DNA from: an uncultured virus (IMG/VR IMGVR_UViG_3300044912_000713)
Taxonomy: Duplodnaviria; Heunggongvirae; Uroviricota; Caudoviricetes
DNA length: 64,000 nucleotides
IMG/VR virus record: IMGVR_UViG_3300044912_000713
Strand: one strand, 5' to 3'
Shown: one piece after another, positions 63,587 to 64,000 of the stretch
Position numbering within the stretch: the stretch's first letter is position 1
Layout: every line of letters begins with the position of its first letter
The notes under the pieces: generated by a model
Databases searched by the model: none
Told to the model about the DNA's origin: nothing
What the model saw: only the letters and a program-made list of their open reading frames with translations
Position numbers and translations under genes: made by a program

Positions 63587-64000
63587 ACCTGAAAGTCGTA
63601 GTAAACAACAGGAACAGGCTCACGACGACCAGAAACATGGTCGAGCACCTGCTGCGGCTGAACCCGAGGCAGGAAATCGTCATTCTCGACAACGCCTCGA
63701 CGTATCCGCCCCTCATGGAGTGGTACCAATCCGTAAACGAGAATCCGGAGAGGTGGCCCACCCTGCAAATCAGGCTCCTGCCGAACCTCGGACACCTGGC
63801 GTTCTGGAACTCAAACATGCAGGGCGAGGTCGGCGAGTACTTCGTGTACAGCGACTCAGACATAGAGCTCGACCCGGAGATGCCCCATAATTGGGCGTTG
63901 CAGATGATTAACTTGATTGAGAAGTACGAAATCAATAAGGTCGGGCTTTCCATACGGATTGACGACATACCGGACCACTATCCCCATAAATCCCAGGTTT
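63583..64000 (+). CDS. GT2-like glycosyltransferase, 3'-partial
   Basis: MNLKVVVNNRNR...IVILDNASTYPPL...VYSDSD; runs off the window end. Confidence 0.7.
   Translation, partial: MNLKVVVNNRNRLTTTRNMVEHLLRLNPRQEIVILDNASTYPPLMEWYQSVNENPERWPTLQIRLLPNLGHLAFWNSNMQGEVGEYFVYSDSDIELDPEMPHNWALQMINLIEKYEINKVGLSIRIDDIPDHYPHKSQV

Noticed and set aside
1..64000. tRNA/rRNA genes, integrase or transposase, stop-codon reassignment
   Set aside because: None recognised by eye; genes tile densely in the standard code and all three stops are used (a tRNA scan was not run)
1..64000. Eukaryotic giant virus origin
   Set aside because: Operon-like coupled genes, intrinsic terminators, holin-like genes and peptidoglycan hydrolases indicate a bacterial host

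Overview
The whole window looks like part of one large dsDNA prokaryotic virus. I see no host housekeeping genes, and also no terminase, portal, HK97 capsid or tail genes. Instead there is an FtsK/HerA-superfamily A32-type packaging ATPase (21978-22796) next to a probable beta-rich major capsid protein (23188-23901). That capsid gene has a clear paralog at 59833-60354, and dozens of small single-pass membrane proteins surround both. This suggests an unusually large (>64 kb) tailless, internal-membrane virus. Missing Shine-Dalgarno sites and TAnnTTTG/TAnnTTCR promoter boxes point to a Bacteroidota host. Modules from left to right: (1) 1-12.5 kb, modular proteins punctuated by about 27 [YFML]-x-x-G-G motifs and carrying zeta-kinase and DUF2958 domains, alongside JAB/RadC and MoxR-AAA/VWA genes; (2) 12.5-17 kb, peptidoglycan hydrolases and holin-like genes; (3) 17-31 kb, packaging, capsid and membrane proteins; (4) 31-45 kb, four giant Gly-X-Y Ser/Thr-rich fibre proteins; (5) 45-58 kb, a glycosylation island with ADP-heptose synthesis, an Aah/TibC-type protein O-heptosyltransferase, other glycosyltransferases, sulfation and carbamoylation genes; (6) 58-64 kb, more membrane proteins, the capsid paralog, a Thr-rich mucin-like protein and more glycosyltransferases. 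All family calls come from reading motifs by eye; no searches were run.
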